This document shows, piece after piece, positions 1-9,771 of a DNA stretch of 64,000 bases. The notes under the pieces are model-generated. The model did no database searches, was not told the origin of the DNA, and was given only the letters and a program-made list of their open reading frames with translations. The position numbers were made by a program, and so were the translations under genes. Each line of letters opens with the position of its first letter. Position 1 is the stretch's first letter. The DNA comes from Alkalispirochaeta sp. (lineage in GTDB: Bacteria; Spirochaetota; Spirochaetia; DSM-27196; Alkalispirochaetaceae): contig OZ271854.1 of NCBI GenBank assembly GCA_965601925.1, positions 4,064,001-4,128,000 of the forward strand, in the 5' to 3' direction.

Positions 1-2
1 AC

Positions 3-1001
3 CACCCGCTTGAGATCGTCTACGGCCACCCGGAGAACGAGGAGCTCCGTTCGCGTCTGGACCAAGCGATACGCGCCGTTCACGCAGCGGACAGCGCAAT
101 GGGACGTCTGTTCGGTCTCGTCGGATATCACGCACCCGGCTTTGTCGACTTTCACGCCGATCCGGTCTTTATCAGCGACGAGCTCGCTTCGCAGTTGTAC
201 CATATGGGTACGGTAGAGCTCATCAGCATGGTACGCGAATACACCGACGCCGATGTCGCCGACGAGGTCGCCGCGTTTCGATCCCTGGGTCTCCCCTTCC
301 ACGACGGATTCTCTGCAGGCGCGGGAGTGAGCGCCGACGGCTCGGTTGAGCTTACGATGCAAGCGCGCTACTATCGCGCCTTTCGCGATATCTTCGATCG
401 CGACCGGCTCGATCTCCTCGCCTTCCGATGCTGGCCGGATCTCCCCTCCGAGGTCGGCCACTGGCCGTATCTCGCCCTGGCGCGCCTCGTCTCGGAAGGT
501 TTTCCGATCGCCATGGAGGGTGATGTCGACGGAGCGCTGGGAAGTCGCATCGCCGAGAGCGCAGGTATAGGTCCGGTATATCTCTCCGATTGGCTGGAGC
601 ACGACCGCGACACTATTACGATTTGGCACACCGGTGCCGCGCCGTTTCAGCTTGCAGAACCGGTTGGTGCACCGGGCGGCCCCTCGATCGGCGTGCAGTT
701 CAACAACAAAAAGCCGACGGTCGTCGAGTCGACGATTCGTGCCGGGATGGACGCAACGGTCTTTCGCCTCTGGCGTTTCGGCGGTGCGTATCATATGACC
801 GCCCTCGAAGGAGAGACGATCACCCCTCGACGCCATCTGTTAGCGACGAACGGACTCTTCCGCACCGATGAAGTCGATATGACGAGCTGGTTTGAACAGA
901 TGGTACAGCTCGGCATGCCGCACCACTTGTGCCTCCTCGAAGGACACCACGCCGATACACTTCGCCGTATCGCGCGCTTGCTTGGTGCCGTCGTCGTGTG
1001 A
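3..1001 (+). CDS. L-fucose/L-arabinose isomerase-family protein, 5' end outside window; candidate SqvD-like sulfoquinovose isomerase
   Basis: Frame open from window start (HPLEIVYGHP...); motifs GLVGYHAPGF, RCWP, MEGDVDGA, WHTG, C-terminal GMPHH...GHH. The SqvD role is inferred from context only. Confidence 0.75.
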   Translation, partial: HPLEIVYGHPENEELRSRLDQAIRAVHAADSAMGRLFGLVGYHAPGFVDFHADPVFISDELASQLYHMGTVELISMVREYTDADVADEVAAFRSLGLPFHDGFSAGAGVSADGSVELTMQARYYRAFRDIFDRDRLDLLAFRCWPDLPSEVGHWPYLALARLVSEGFPIAMEGDVDGALGSRIAESAGIGPVYLSDWLEHDRDTITIWHTGAAPFQLAEPVGAPGGPSIGVQFNNKKPTVVESTIRAGMDATVFRLWRFGGAYHMTALEGETITPRRHLLATNGLFRTDEVDMTSWFEQMVQLGMPHHLCLLEGHHADTLRRIARLLGAVVV

Positions 1002-1023
1002 GCGTAACGGTCGACGCGACGTA

Positions 1024-1749
1024 TCAGAGAGCGAACACGTTGTGAGCGTACTCTCGTATGCGCTCGTAATCGTGAATGACGATCTCGCGCTTCTTCGTCC
1101 ACTCCAAAACACCTTGCCGCTTTAGCTCCGAGATGGTCTTCGAGAACGTCGCGCGGTGGAGGCCGAGGGCGGTAGCCATTTCATGCTGTGTGATTTTGGA
1201 GTGTATGACCGGCTGAAAGTGGCTGTACTTCGCGATGTCAAAGAGCATACGGCTGATCTTCCCCGTAACATCGTCGGAGATCACTTCGCATTGGTGGTGA
1301 AGCAGCACGCCGATCTTGTAGCCCATATACTCAAGCAGGTTGCGTTGTAACGCCGGATAGGAACGAGACAACATCGTGTTAAGCGTCGCTTCGTCGAAAA
1401 AGAAGAGCGTTGCGTCTTCAACGGCGGAGTACGTTGCGTACACGGGCATGCGGTTGAAAAACGCCGACTCCCCGACGAGATTTTGCTCGGTGACGTATAG
1501 GAGTATCGCCTCGTTGCCGTTCTCATCGAATGAAACGAGACGCAGAACGCCCTCGACGAGAAGATAGACACCGTCGACACGTCGCCCTTCTCCGAATAGG
1601 GTGGCCTCTTTTGGGATGGTTACTCGGTGGGCGAGACCGATCACCTGCATCCACGGGCTACACATTCCCGCTTCCATCCACAGAGAGAAGTACCGCCGCG
1701 ACGCCCCCTCGTCGTCTCGCCGCCAAGAAGCCGTCGTCTCATCCATCAT
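1024..1749 (-). CDS. Crp/Fnr-family transcriptional regulator
   Basis: cNMP-type beta-barrel (GVYLLVEGVLRL, LVGESAFF) plus HTH ITQHEMATALGLHRATFSKTISELKRQG. Confidence 0.9.
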   Translation of the reverse strand: MMDETTASWRRDDEGASRRYFSLWMEAGMCSPWMQVIGLAHRVTIPKEATLFGEGRRVDGVYLLVEGVLRLVSFDENGNEAILLYVTEQNLVGESAFFNRMPVYATYSAVEDATLFFFDEATLNTMLSRSYPALQRNLLEYMGYKIGVLLHHQCEVISDDVTGKISRMLFDIAKYSHFQPVIHSKITQHEMATALGLHRATFSKTISELKRQGVLEWTKKREIVIHDYERIREYAHNVFAL

Positions 1750-1824
1750 GGGTCCTCCGAACGGTATTGCGCGGTCGTGGATCGCGCACCGCCTATTGCG
1801 GCCGATCGGCTATAGTGTAACAGG

Positions 1825-2943
1825 TTATCGATCATCGCGGCGGGGCGCGTGGTCCGGCAAGAGATGCTCGGCCAAGGAATCGACGGTACGCAGGGCCGAT
1901 ACGACGGCGTCGACCGGTATGCGCGACGCCATGTTGTGTATTCGGCTCCCGGCTCGGCAGGCGAACCGAGCTATCTCTTCGTAGTGATCGGAGCGCGGAT
2001 CGGAGAGTCCGAGCGTTCGCAAGCTTCCCGGAATGCCGACGCGACGGTAGAAGTCGAACACGTCGGTGAGATACTCGTCGCTGCGTCCCTCGAGTACGAG
2101 CTGCGAAAGCAACGCGACGGCAACTTCTTCGCCGTGTAAGGCGCCCCTGAGCTCCGGAATGCGGGTGAAGCCCTGGGATATTGCGTGCGCCGCGGCGACC
2201 CCGCACCCCTCGAATCCGATTCCACTCAACAGAACATTCGCCTCGACGACGCGTTCTACCGTCTCGGTCACGCGGCGGTGACACACATCGCGAACGGCCT
2301 GCTCCGCCTCGTCCCATACGATGCGAAAGCAACGCTCGGCGATCGCTAGGGCGGCTTGTGTCGGACGAGCATCAAAGAAGTTCGTCACGCCCGAGATTCG
2401 ACACTGTTCCGCCTCAAAGAGGGTCGAAAGAGCGTCGCCGATACCGGCGATGAAAAACCGCACCGGGGCATCGACGATGATCGCCGTATCGACGAGCACT
2501 GCATCGGGGTTCGTACGCATGAACAACGGGCCGAGAAACTCTCCGTCCGCGGTATAGGTAATCGCGAGTCTGCTCGTAGCCGCGTCGCTGGCGGCGACGG
2601 TCGGAACGACCACGACGGGTATATCGAGCGCCCGTTTCACCGCTTTGGCGCCGTCCTGCGCCTTTCCACCGCCGAGGCCGATTACGACGTCGCAGCGTTC
2701 GGTACGGCCGACCGCGGAAAGGCGCTCAAGCTCTTCCGGTGACGTCTCGCCGGAAAAGCGGGAGACGGTCGTCTCCACCGCTGCACGGCGTAACGTTGCG
2801 ACCAGTCGGCCTCCGTACAGAGCGAGCACGCGCTCGTCGGCGACGACGAGCGCTTTGCGTCCGAACCATGCAACGAGGTCTCCCATCTCATCGAGGAGAT
2901 GCGCCCCCTGTCGATATATGAGGGGAAACCCGATCGCCCTCAT
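1825..2943 (-). CDS. Glycerol dehydrogenase-family enzyme (GldA-like)
   Basis: GLGGGKAQDGAK, PTVAASDAATS, GIGDALST, AAAHAI, LHGEEVA; start set at MRAIGFP with GAGG upstream. Confidence 0.88.
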   Translation of the reverse strand: MRAIGFPLIYRQGAHLLDEMGDLVAWFGRKALVVADERVLALYGGRLVATLRRAAVETTVSRFSGETSPEELERLSAVGRTERCDVVIGLGGGKAQDGAKAVKRALDIPVVVVPTVAASDAATSRLAITYTADGEFLGPLFMRTNPDAVLVDTAIIVDAPVRFFIAGIGDALSTLFEAEQCRISGVTNFFDARPTQAALAIAERCFRIVWDEAEQAVRDVCHRRVTETVERVVEANVLLSGIGFEGCGVAAAHAISQGFTRIPELRGALHGEEVAVALLSQLVLEGRSDEYLTDVFDFYRRVGIPGSLRTLGLSDPRSDHYEEIARFACRAGSRIHNMASRIPVDAVVSALRTVDSLAEHLLPDHAPRRDDR

Positions 2944-2980
2944 CTCATACCTCGTCGGTACGTAGCGTGTCCGCCGTCTT

Positions 2981-4027
2981 TCAGCGATCGACGCGCGATT
3001 CGGCCAGCTCAACCGCCGCGAGGAAGCTGTCCAACCACCGATCGCCGTACTGCGTACGATACCACTCCATCATTGCGGAGCGCGCCGGCATGAACGTCTC
3101 TCGCTCCTCATCGGTAAGCTCGTGAATACGGCCGCCTCCGGCGATGAACTCCGCGTTTGCCGCTTCCTCTCGGTCTCTATTGAACGTCGTTTGCTCCGCG
3201 GCTCCGAAGGCGATGCCGTCCAGAACGATCCGTTGCAGCTCGTCCGGGAGACTTGCAAGCCACGCCTCGCCGACAAAGTAGAATCCGAACAGAAAGGTAT
3301 GTCGGTCCAGCGTACCGTACCGGATCACCTCGTCGAAGTTGTTCGACATGATATCCGGAGTAGCAATTTTGAGACCCACCACCAGCTCGGATGCCAACGC
3401 CGTGTAAACCTCTCCCCACGCTACGGGGGTCGCGGCGGCGCCGAGCTGCCTGGTAAATTCCTGTTGGAGCGGCGAGGCGATGGTGCGTATTCGTAATCCC
3501 GCGAGATCCGCGGCGGTCCGAATCGGCCTCCCGGTGGTGTAGAACGAACGCCAACGGCCGCCGTCGGAGACACCGGCCAGTCGTACATTCGGGAGGACAT
3601 CCGCGACGGCGTCCGACATCTCGTCAAAGAAGGGACCTTCCATCAGCTCCCCGACGACCGCGTCTCCGGGTATGAGATACTGTAAGTCCACGACCGCTAA
3701 CTCGGGTATGAATGGTGTAACTCCACCGATGGATGTGTGAGCCACCTCCAGCGTACCGCTATCGACCTGCTCCATGACCTCCTGATAATTTCCGAGCTGA
3801 CTACCGGAGTAAATCTCCACGACGATTCGCCCGCCGGACGCGGACTCGATGTACTCTTTGATCGCCGTCGCGCCGACATAGTCGTCGTTCACGTCGGACA
3901 CGGGTCCGGCGTGGGAGAGCTTCATCGTGTACGTGTCGGCCTCCTCTCCGGCTCCGCCCGCAAAGAGGGTCGTTCCTACGATCACAACCACCAAGAAGAG
4001 CACCATTACCGGTGATGTTCCCTTCAT
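2981..4027 (-). CDS. dctP: TRAP transporter substrate-binding protein
   Basis: Signal peptide; SGGRIVVEIYSGSQLG, DLAGLRIRT, WGEVYTAL; AGGAGG RBS before ATG 4027. Confidence 0.9.
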   Translation of the reverse strand: MKGTSPVMVLFLVVVIVGTTLFAGGAGEEADTYTMKLSHAGPVSDVNDDYVGATAIKEYIESASGGRIVVEIYSGSQLGNYQEVMEQVDSGTLEVAHTSIGGVTPFIPELAVVDLQYLIPGDAVVGELMEGPFFDEMSDAVADVLPNVRLAGVSDGGRWRSFYTTGRPIRTAADLAGLRIRTIASPLQQEFTRQLGAAATPVAWGEVYTALASELVVGLKIATPDIMSNNFDEVIRYGTLDRHTFLFGFYFVGEAWLASLPDELQRIVLDGIAFGAAEQTTFNRDREEAANAEFIAGGGRIHELTDEERETFMPARSAMMEWYRTQYGDRWLDSFLAAVELAESRVDR

Positions 4028-4080
4028 ACGCAGCCTCCTTTTCGTTCCGACCTGTGTCGGATTATTCACGATACGAAACG

Positions 4081-5370
4081 TCATCCGCCGACCGGTAGTC
4101 CGAGCAACCGCGGGACAAAGAGCGAGATATCCGGTACGAACGTGATGATGAATATGATGATCGCGTGCACGATCCAGTACGGCGTCATCTGACGCACGAT
4201 TGCGCCGATCGAGAGTTTCGTCACCGCCGATGCGGCGAAGAGCACCAAACCGAAGGGGGGTGTAGCCAGGCCGACGGTTAGATTCACGCACATCACAATC
4301 GCAAAGTGCGTCGGATTGATGCCCATCTCAAGAAGCGTCGGCCCCAAGATCGGTCCCAAGATGAGAATTGCCGGCCCGGCATCGAGAAACATCCCGACGA
4401 AGAAGAGAAACAGGTTCATCGTGAGCAAAAAGAGGTAGCGATTCTCGGTTACGTCGAGAATGATCTCGGCAAGATTGTGGGGCACGCGCGTAACGGTAAG
4501 CACCCACCCGAACATCGCCGCCGATCCGATCACTAACAGGATGACCGCCGATTGAGACGCTGCGCGGCGAAATATCCCGCCCAGATCGGAGATCGCGATC
4601 GTCTTGAACACGAAGAGGCCCAGAACCAGCGCGTACGCCACGGCGAGTATCGCCGCCTCGGTCGGAGAGACGACGCTGAAGAGGATTCCTCCCAGAATGA
4701 TGAGGGGCGTGAGCATCGGAAAGAACCCCCGGACCGTCGCCCGACCCCTCTCGCACCACGTCGCTCTTCCGGAACGAGGAAACCCGCGTTTCGCGGCGAT
4801 AATCCTCGTCATGATCATCAACCCCGCACCCATCAGGAGCCCCGGCATGATGCCGGCGGCGAACAGCGCCCCGGTGGAGACCTCCATGATAAACGCGTAG
4901 ACGATCATGATGATGCTCGGCGGAATGATCGGCCCGATAATCGATGATGCCGCCGTCACCGCGGCGGAGAAATCGCGCGGATAACCGTCCTCCTCCATAG
5001 CCGGTATGAGAATCGCTCCGAGAGATGATGTATCGGCCACCGCCGATCCGCTCAACCCGGCAAAGAGAACGCTCGCCAGGATATTCACCTGCGCTAGCCC
5101 GCCGTGGAAGTGTCCTACCATGGCGCGGGCGAGGTTGACGATCCGAGTAGTGACACCCCCGCGGTTCATTAATTCGCCCGCGAGAATAAAAAGAGGAACG
5201 GCGAGTAGGAGGAAGGTGTGAACACCGGCGAACGATCGCTGTACGAGAGTTCCCAGCATAACCTCGCGACCGGTAACGGCGAAGTCCACCAACGGCCCGA
5301 CGGCAAGGGCGAAGACGATCGGTACGCCGAGGGCCGCGGCTACGAACACCACGATGAGATAGAGCGGCAC
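4081..5370 (-). CDS. dctM: TRAP transporter large permease
   Basis: LLAVPLFILAGELM, SGSAVAD, IIPPSI, TPPFG. Confidence 0.95.
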   Translation of the reverse strand: MPLYLIVVFVAAALGVPIVFALAVGPLVDFAVTGREVMLGTLVQRSFAGVHTFLLLAVPLFILAGELMNRGGVTTRIVNLARAMVGHFHGGLAQVNILASVLFAGLSGSAVADTSSLGAILIPAMEEDGYPRDFSAAVTAASSIIGPIIPPSIIMIVYAFIMEVSTGALFAAGIMPGLLMGAGLMIMTRIIAAKRGFPRSGRATWCERGRATVRGFFPMLTPLIILGGILFSVVSPTEAAILAVAYALVLGLFVFKTIAISDLGGIFRRAASQSAVILLVIGSAAMFGWVLTVTRVPHNLAEIILDVTENRYLFLLTMNLFLFFVGMFLDAGPAILILGPILGPTLLEMGINPTHFAIVMCVNLTVGLATPPFGLVLFAASAVTKLSIGAIVRQMTPYWIVHAIIIFIITFVPDISLFVPRLLGLPVGG

Positions 5371-5372
5371 GC

Positions 5373-5903
5373 CTACGCCCCCTTACGCGGCGCGAGAAGT
5401 GCAATCTGCTTACAAGCCTCCTCTACGCAGACGAGTACCATCAAAGCGTATCCAACCGGGAGGGCCGCATATGCGTATCCGAACGGAAGCCACTCCATCG
5501 TCGAGACGATCCGGCGCATGCCGCGTACCGCGAGGAGCCACCCGTGTCGCACCATCATCAACGCGACGTAGGCGGTGACGGCCAGCGCGATAAGACGGAG
5601 CGCCGTACGAGCGCCTCCCGAGACCTTTTCTACCAAAAACTCAATCGAGACGTGAGCGCCCGAGCGCAATCCGATCGGCGCGCCTAACAGGACCATCCAG
5701 ACCATAAGAATGGTAGAGGCGTCCTCGGTCCACGTGACGGGGCGATTCAACGCATATCGCATGACGACCGAGTAGAAGAGGATCGCGCAGATCACCGCCA
5801 GGATCGCTCCGATTACACCGGATAGAACCGTACACATTCGCCCGTTGAACGCTGCGAGCGCCGACGCCGCCCGTATCACACCACGTCTCCCCTTTTCGGT
5901 CAT
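5373..5903 (-). CDS. dctQ: TRAP transporter small permease
   Basis: VVMRY...WTED...MVWMVLLG...HVSIE, four TM segments; start uncertain. Confidence 0.9.
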   Translation of the reverse strand: MTEKGRRGVIRAASALAAFNGRMCTVLSGVIGAILAVICAILFYSVVMRYALNRPVTWTEDASTILMVWMVLLGAPIGLRSGAHVSIEFLVEKVSGGARTALRLIALAVTAYVALMMVRHGWLLAVRGMRRIVSTMEWLPFGYAYAALPVGYALMVLVCVEEACKQIALLAPRKGA

Positions 5904-5984
5904 TACCGTAGAATCCCTACGTAATGCTAACTCGAGAAATCGAGACGATATGTCGTCCAAACGACAAACGGGAGAAATGGAGCG

Positions 5985-7157
5985 TCAGCGACTCCGCGCG
6001 ACCTGCGTGAGATTGAAAAACTGCTTAAAGACGATATCGGTGGCGCCGTAACACGCCTGGACCGGGTCATACACCATCGGGATTACCCGACGTTCCGGCA
6101 GGGCTCGGCGAGCCGAGTTGCCCAACACCTCCGACAGAATGGGAAAACGGCTAATGAGAAGGACCGCTTCGGGATGGAAGATGTGGTGAAGGTTTCTGAT
6201 CGCAGAGGCGAGCGCAAGCCGCTCCTCGCGGAGTGCCGCCGCTACCTCTCCCACCGTCAGAGTTCGCTGCACCGCCTCCCAACTATCGACATCGTAGTCG
6301 GCCCGGAGGCGCTCAAGCATGGGCTGCTCGGCGACGCGATTTTCCAACGCCGCCTCATCGTCGGCTACCCCTTCAATCGAAGCGGGGAAGATCGAGGTAC
6401 GTCCGACCTCGATGGCGGTAGCCGTTCCGTTGAGAAAAATGTTGCCGTGGGTGACCAACGCACCTCCGACTCCCGAGCGCACCAGAATCGCTAAGAGGCT
6501 CGCCTCGTCGCGCGCGACCCCGTAATGATAGGCGCTTGCGGCGATGACGGAGGCGTTATTGTGCACAAAGACCGGCACATCGAAGATCGCCTCATAGTGG
6601 TCCTTGATCGAGTATCCGCTGAGTCCGACGATCCTCCCGTAGTGAAGAACGCGCCCGGTCACGGTGTCGACGACCCCCGGAGCGGCGATACCGATGCCGA
6701 GGAGCCGCTCTCTGTCGATCCGGCTCTCCTCGATCGCCGAGGCGATCATCGTCTCGATCGTCCTCAAAATTTCGTCGCGGTCGCAGCGGGGTGCGAGGTC
6801 TTTACTTCGTTTGTAGATGACGCAGTTGCCGAAATCGACCACGATGACCGCCACCGCGAGGCTCGAAAAATCGACCCCGACGGCGTATCCGCTCTCGGCC
6901 CGGGCGCAATAGAAGCTCGGTCGCCGGCCCTTACGCTCCCCCTCCTGTCCGTCCTCCAACCCGCGGCCGTCCTTGCATTGGCGAATGAACCCCGCCTCCT
7001 CCAACTTTGCAAAGATTCGAAACACCGTGGGCGCCTTGAGGCCGGTATGCTGCACGATCTGTGACTGCGAAATGCTTCCGTGTTGAAAAATCAAGTTGAG
7101 AACGAGCTTCTCGTTACTCTCGCGTATATCGTTACTTCGAAGGGGCTGATGCAGCAT
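5985..7157 (-). CDS. ROK-family transcriptional repressor
   Basis: N-terminal HTH, GRRP, GIGIAAPGVVD, PVFVHNNA. Confidence 0.92.
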   Translation of the reverse strand: MLHQPLRSNDIRESNEKLVLNLIFQHGSISQSQIVQHTGLKAPTVFRIFAKLEEAGFIRQCKDGRGLEDGQEGERKGRRPSFYCARAESGYAVGVDFSSLAVAVIVVDFGNCVIYKRSKDLAPRCDRDEILRTIETMIASAIEESRIDRERLLGIGIAAPGVVDTVTGRVLHYGRIVGLSGYSIKDHYEAIFDVPVFVHNNASVIAASAYHYGVARDEASLLAILVRSGVGGALVTHGNIFLNGTATAIEVGRTSIFPASIEGVADDEAALENRVAEQPMLERLRADYDVDSWEAVQRTLTVGEVAAALREERLALASAIRNLHHIFHPEAVLLISRFPILSEVLGNSARRALPERRVIPMVYDPVQACYGATDIVFKQFFNLTQVARSR

Positions 7158-7178
7158 AGTTTTTTTCTGAAAATAAGT
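7158..7178. promoter_or_regulatory. Putative ROK operator 1
   Basis: Minus strand ACTTATTTTCAGAAAAAAACT, 21 bp, XylR-like, abutting the ROK start codon. Confidence 0.65.
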
Positions 7179-7260
7179 TACATGTAGAATATCACAGGTT
7201 CCACGGTGCTGTATAGCGCGATATGCACCGACTCTCCGCGGCGCGCGCCGTCAAACACTC

Positions 7261-7289
7261 TTTACAGCGCATCACGGTCGTGCTATGCT
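7261..7289 (+). promoter_or_regulatory. Sigma70-type promoter of transketolase operon
   Basis: TTTACA-17 bp-TATGCT with extended TG. Confidence 0.65.
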
Positions 7290-7296
7290 CACCTAT

Positions 7297-7317
7297 AGTT
7301 ACTTTCAGAAAGAAAAA
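7297..7317. promoter_or_regulatory. Putative ROK operator 2
   Basis: AGTTACTTTCAGAAAGAAAAA, inverted near-copy of operator 1, between -10 and RBS. Confidence 0.65.
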
Positions 7318-7328
7318 AAGGAGCTCAT

Positions 7329-8168
7329 ATGACTTCCGACCATCTACGGGAGCTGCAACGCAAAGCTATCGAAATACGCCGTCTTACCGTCGACGAGATC
7401 GCCTACCTCGGTGTGGGCCATTTGGGCGGCTCCATGTCCGTCGTGGAGATTCTTACCCTGCTCTACTACCATCACATGACGGTGGACCCGTCGCGTCCTG
7501 CAGACCCAAATCGCGATAAGTTCGTCATGTCAAAAGGACACGCCGGGCCGGCGCTCTATTCCATACTGGCCGACAAAGGGTTTTTTCCTACCGAAATGCT
7601 TCATACGCTCAATCAAGGCGGAACCAATCTCCCCAGCCACTGCGATATGAATCGCACACCGGGAATCGACATGACCACCGGCTCCCTCGGTCAGGGGCTC
7701 TCCGCCGCCGTCGGTATCGCGTTGGGGCACCGTCTACAGAACCTTCCGGGCCGCGTATTCGCCCTTATCGGAGACGGCGATACGAACGAGGGACAGACGT
7801 GGGAGGCGGCAATGTCGGCGGCAATGTACGGCCTATCCAACCTCGTCGCCTTCACCGACTATAACAAGATGCAGATCGACGGCACCGCCGACGCAATCAT
7901 GAACACCGATCGTCTGGCGGATCGTTGGACGAGTTTCGGGTGGTACACGCAACAGGTCGACGGTCACGACTTCGGCGCACTCGACGATGCGATGGAGCGA
8001 GCGCTCCGAGAGGACTCGCGTCCCTCGATGATTATCGCCGACACGATCAAAGGAAAAGGCGTGCCTTTTGCCGAAGGGGATTTCAAAAACCACAATATGC
8101 CGGTCACCCAGGAGCAGGCGCAACAAGCCTACGAGAGCCTGGCACGAGAAGAGGAGGCCCTCGCATGA
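7329..8168 (+). CDS. Transketolase N-terminal subunit (SqwG-like by context)
   Basis: GHLGGSMS, SKGHA, TGSLGQG, TPP motif GDGD...N. Confidence 0.95.
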   Translation: MTSDHLRELQRKAIEIRRLTVDEIAYLGVGHLGGSMSVVEILTLLYYHHMTVDPSRPADPNRDKFVMSKGHAGPALYSILADKGFFPTEMLHTLNQGGTNLPSHCDMNRTPGIDMTTGSLGQGLSAAVGIALGHRLQNLPGRVFALIGDGDTNEGQTWEAAMSAAMYGLSNLVAFTDYNKMQIDGTADAIMNTDRLADRWTSFGWYTQQVDGHDFGALDDAMERALREDSRPSMIIADTIKGKGVPFAEGDFKNHNMPVTQEQAQQAYESLAREEEALA

Positions 8169-9151
8169 ATTATGCAATAGAACGAGCATCGGAGGTCGAT
8201 GCGACGGAGATGCGCGCAGTGTACGGTGAGTGTCTCGCACGACTCGCCGAGGAGGACGAGCGCATCGTAGTGCTCGACGCCGATCTCATGCGCGCCAACG
8301 GCACCTTCGGCTTCAAGGATCGTTTTCCCGGTCGCTGGATCGATGTGGGAGTCGCCGAGGCCAATATGGTGGGAATCTCCGCCGGACTCTCCACAACGGG
8401 GCTCATTCCCTTTCCGGCGACCTTCACTTGCTTTGCCGCGCGACGCACCTTCGACCAGTTCTTCGTTTCGGCGAACTACGCTCGTCAAAACGTAAAGCTT
8501 ACCGGGAGCGATCCCGGTGTCGCCGCGGCGTTCAACGGCGGTACCCACATGTCCTTCGAGGACGTCGGGCTCATGCGCACCATCCCCGGAATAACGATCT
8601 GCGAGCCGTCGGACCCGGTCAGTTTGACCAAACTGCTGCGACAGCTCGCCTATCGTCAGGGCTCCAGTTACCTCAGGCTCCATCGCAAGGCGATCGCTCC
8701 TATCTATGCCGAGTCGGAGACCTTTGAACTCGGCAAAGGAAAACAGCTCGTCGACGGCTGCGACCTCGCGATTATCGCCTCGGGCGCCATCTGCGTCGCC
8801 GAGGCTCTGGCGGCGGCCGAACGGTTGGAAGCCGAAGGGGTTTCTGCAGCGGTGGTGGACATGCATACCATCAAACCGATCGATGAGGATCTCGTTACCG
8901 AGCTCGCGCACCGTACCGGCGCCGTCCTTACCGTGGAGAACCATCAGGTTCGAAACGGGCTCGGCAGTGCCGTCGCGGAGGTATTGACGGACAACCATCC
9001 GGTTCCTCAACGCCGCATCGGCATTCAAGACGAGTTCGGGGAGGTCGGAACGCAGGACTATCTTCAGAAGCGGTTCGGTCTCACGGCGGACAACATCATG
9101 AACGAAGCGCGTCGTCTGTTGGAGCGCAAGCGAAGTCCGGTCCACGCGTAA
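8165..9151 (+). CDS. Transketolase C-terminal subunit (SqwH-like by context)
   Basis: ATGA overlap with previous gene; LDADL, GVAEANM, GGTHMSFED, TIKPID, TVENH. Confidence 0.95.
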   Translation: MNYAIERASEVDATEMRAVYGECLARLAEEDERIVVLDADLMRANGTFGFKDRFPGRWIDVGVAEANMVGISAGLSTTGLIPFPATFTCFAARRTFDQFFVSANYARQNVKLTGSDPGVAAAFNGGTHMSFEDVGLMRTIPGITICEPSDPVSLTKLLRQLAYRQGSSYLRLHRKAIAPIYAESETFELGKGKQLVDGCDLAIIASGAICVAEALAAAERLEAEGVSAAVVDMHTIKPIDEDLVTELAHRTGAVLTVENHQVRNGLGSAVAEVLTDNHPVPQRRIGIQDEFGEVGTQDYLQKRFGLTADNIMNEARRLLERKRSPVHA

Positions 9152-9285
9152 CACAGAGGCGAGACCGCGTTATACCGCCGGTCGCAAGAGATCGGCGAGC
9201 CGCCCCCACGGAGAGGTCCTCCATACGGACCGGAGCGTGTGCCGGGATGCGGCGTCGAGATGAAACACGCATACAGGAGACAATT

Positions 9286-9771
9286 ATGGCAGCGAAAAAG
9301 ACGATAGCGATCGCAAGTGATAAGTCGGGATATCCCCTCAAAGAGGCGGTCGTCGAATACCTCAAGGAACGCGACGATATCGAAGTCTTGGATTTCGGTC
9401 TGGCGGACCCCGGGGAGAATCAACCGTACGACGCCCAAGCGCCCAAAGTCGCCCAGGCGATTCAATCGGGCAAGGCCGAGCGCGGCGTACTGGTGTGCGG
9501 CACCGGCCAAGGGATGGCGATCGTGGCCAACAAGCACAAGGGAATCTACGCCGTCGTCGCCGATACGGCGTTCGCCGCGGCAAAAGGGCGTGTCATCAAC
9601 AATGCAAACGTCGTCACCATGGGCGGATGGATTACGGCTCCGCGTCTCGGCGTGGAGATCGTCGAGTCGTGGTTGAACCTCGAGTTCACCGAGACGATGG
9701 AGGATCGCGCCGAGTGGCTCAAGTCCGCGGTCGATAGAGTACGGAAACTCGAAGAGGAGAACTTCGCGTGA
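9286..9771 (+). CDS. RpiB/LacAB-family isomerase (SqwI-like by context)
   Basis: CGTGQGMAIVANK, NNANV; AGGAG RBS. Confidence 0.9.
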   Translation: MAAKKTIAIASDKSGYPLKEAVVEYLKERDDIEVLDFGLADPGENQPYDAQAPKVAQAIQSGKAERGVLVCGTGQGMAIVANKHKGIYAVVADTAFAAAKGRVINNANVVTMGGWITAPRLGVEIVESWLNLEFTETMEDRAEWLKSAVDRVRKLEEENFA

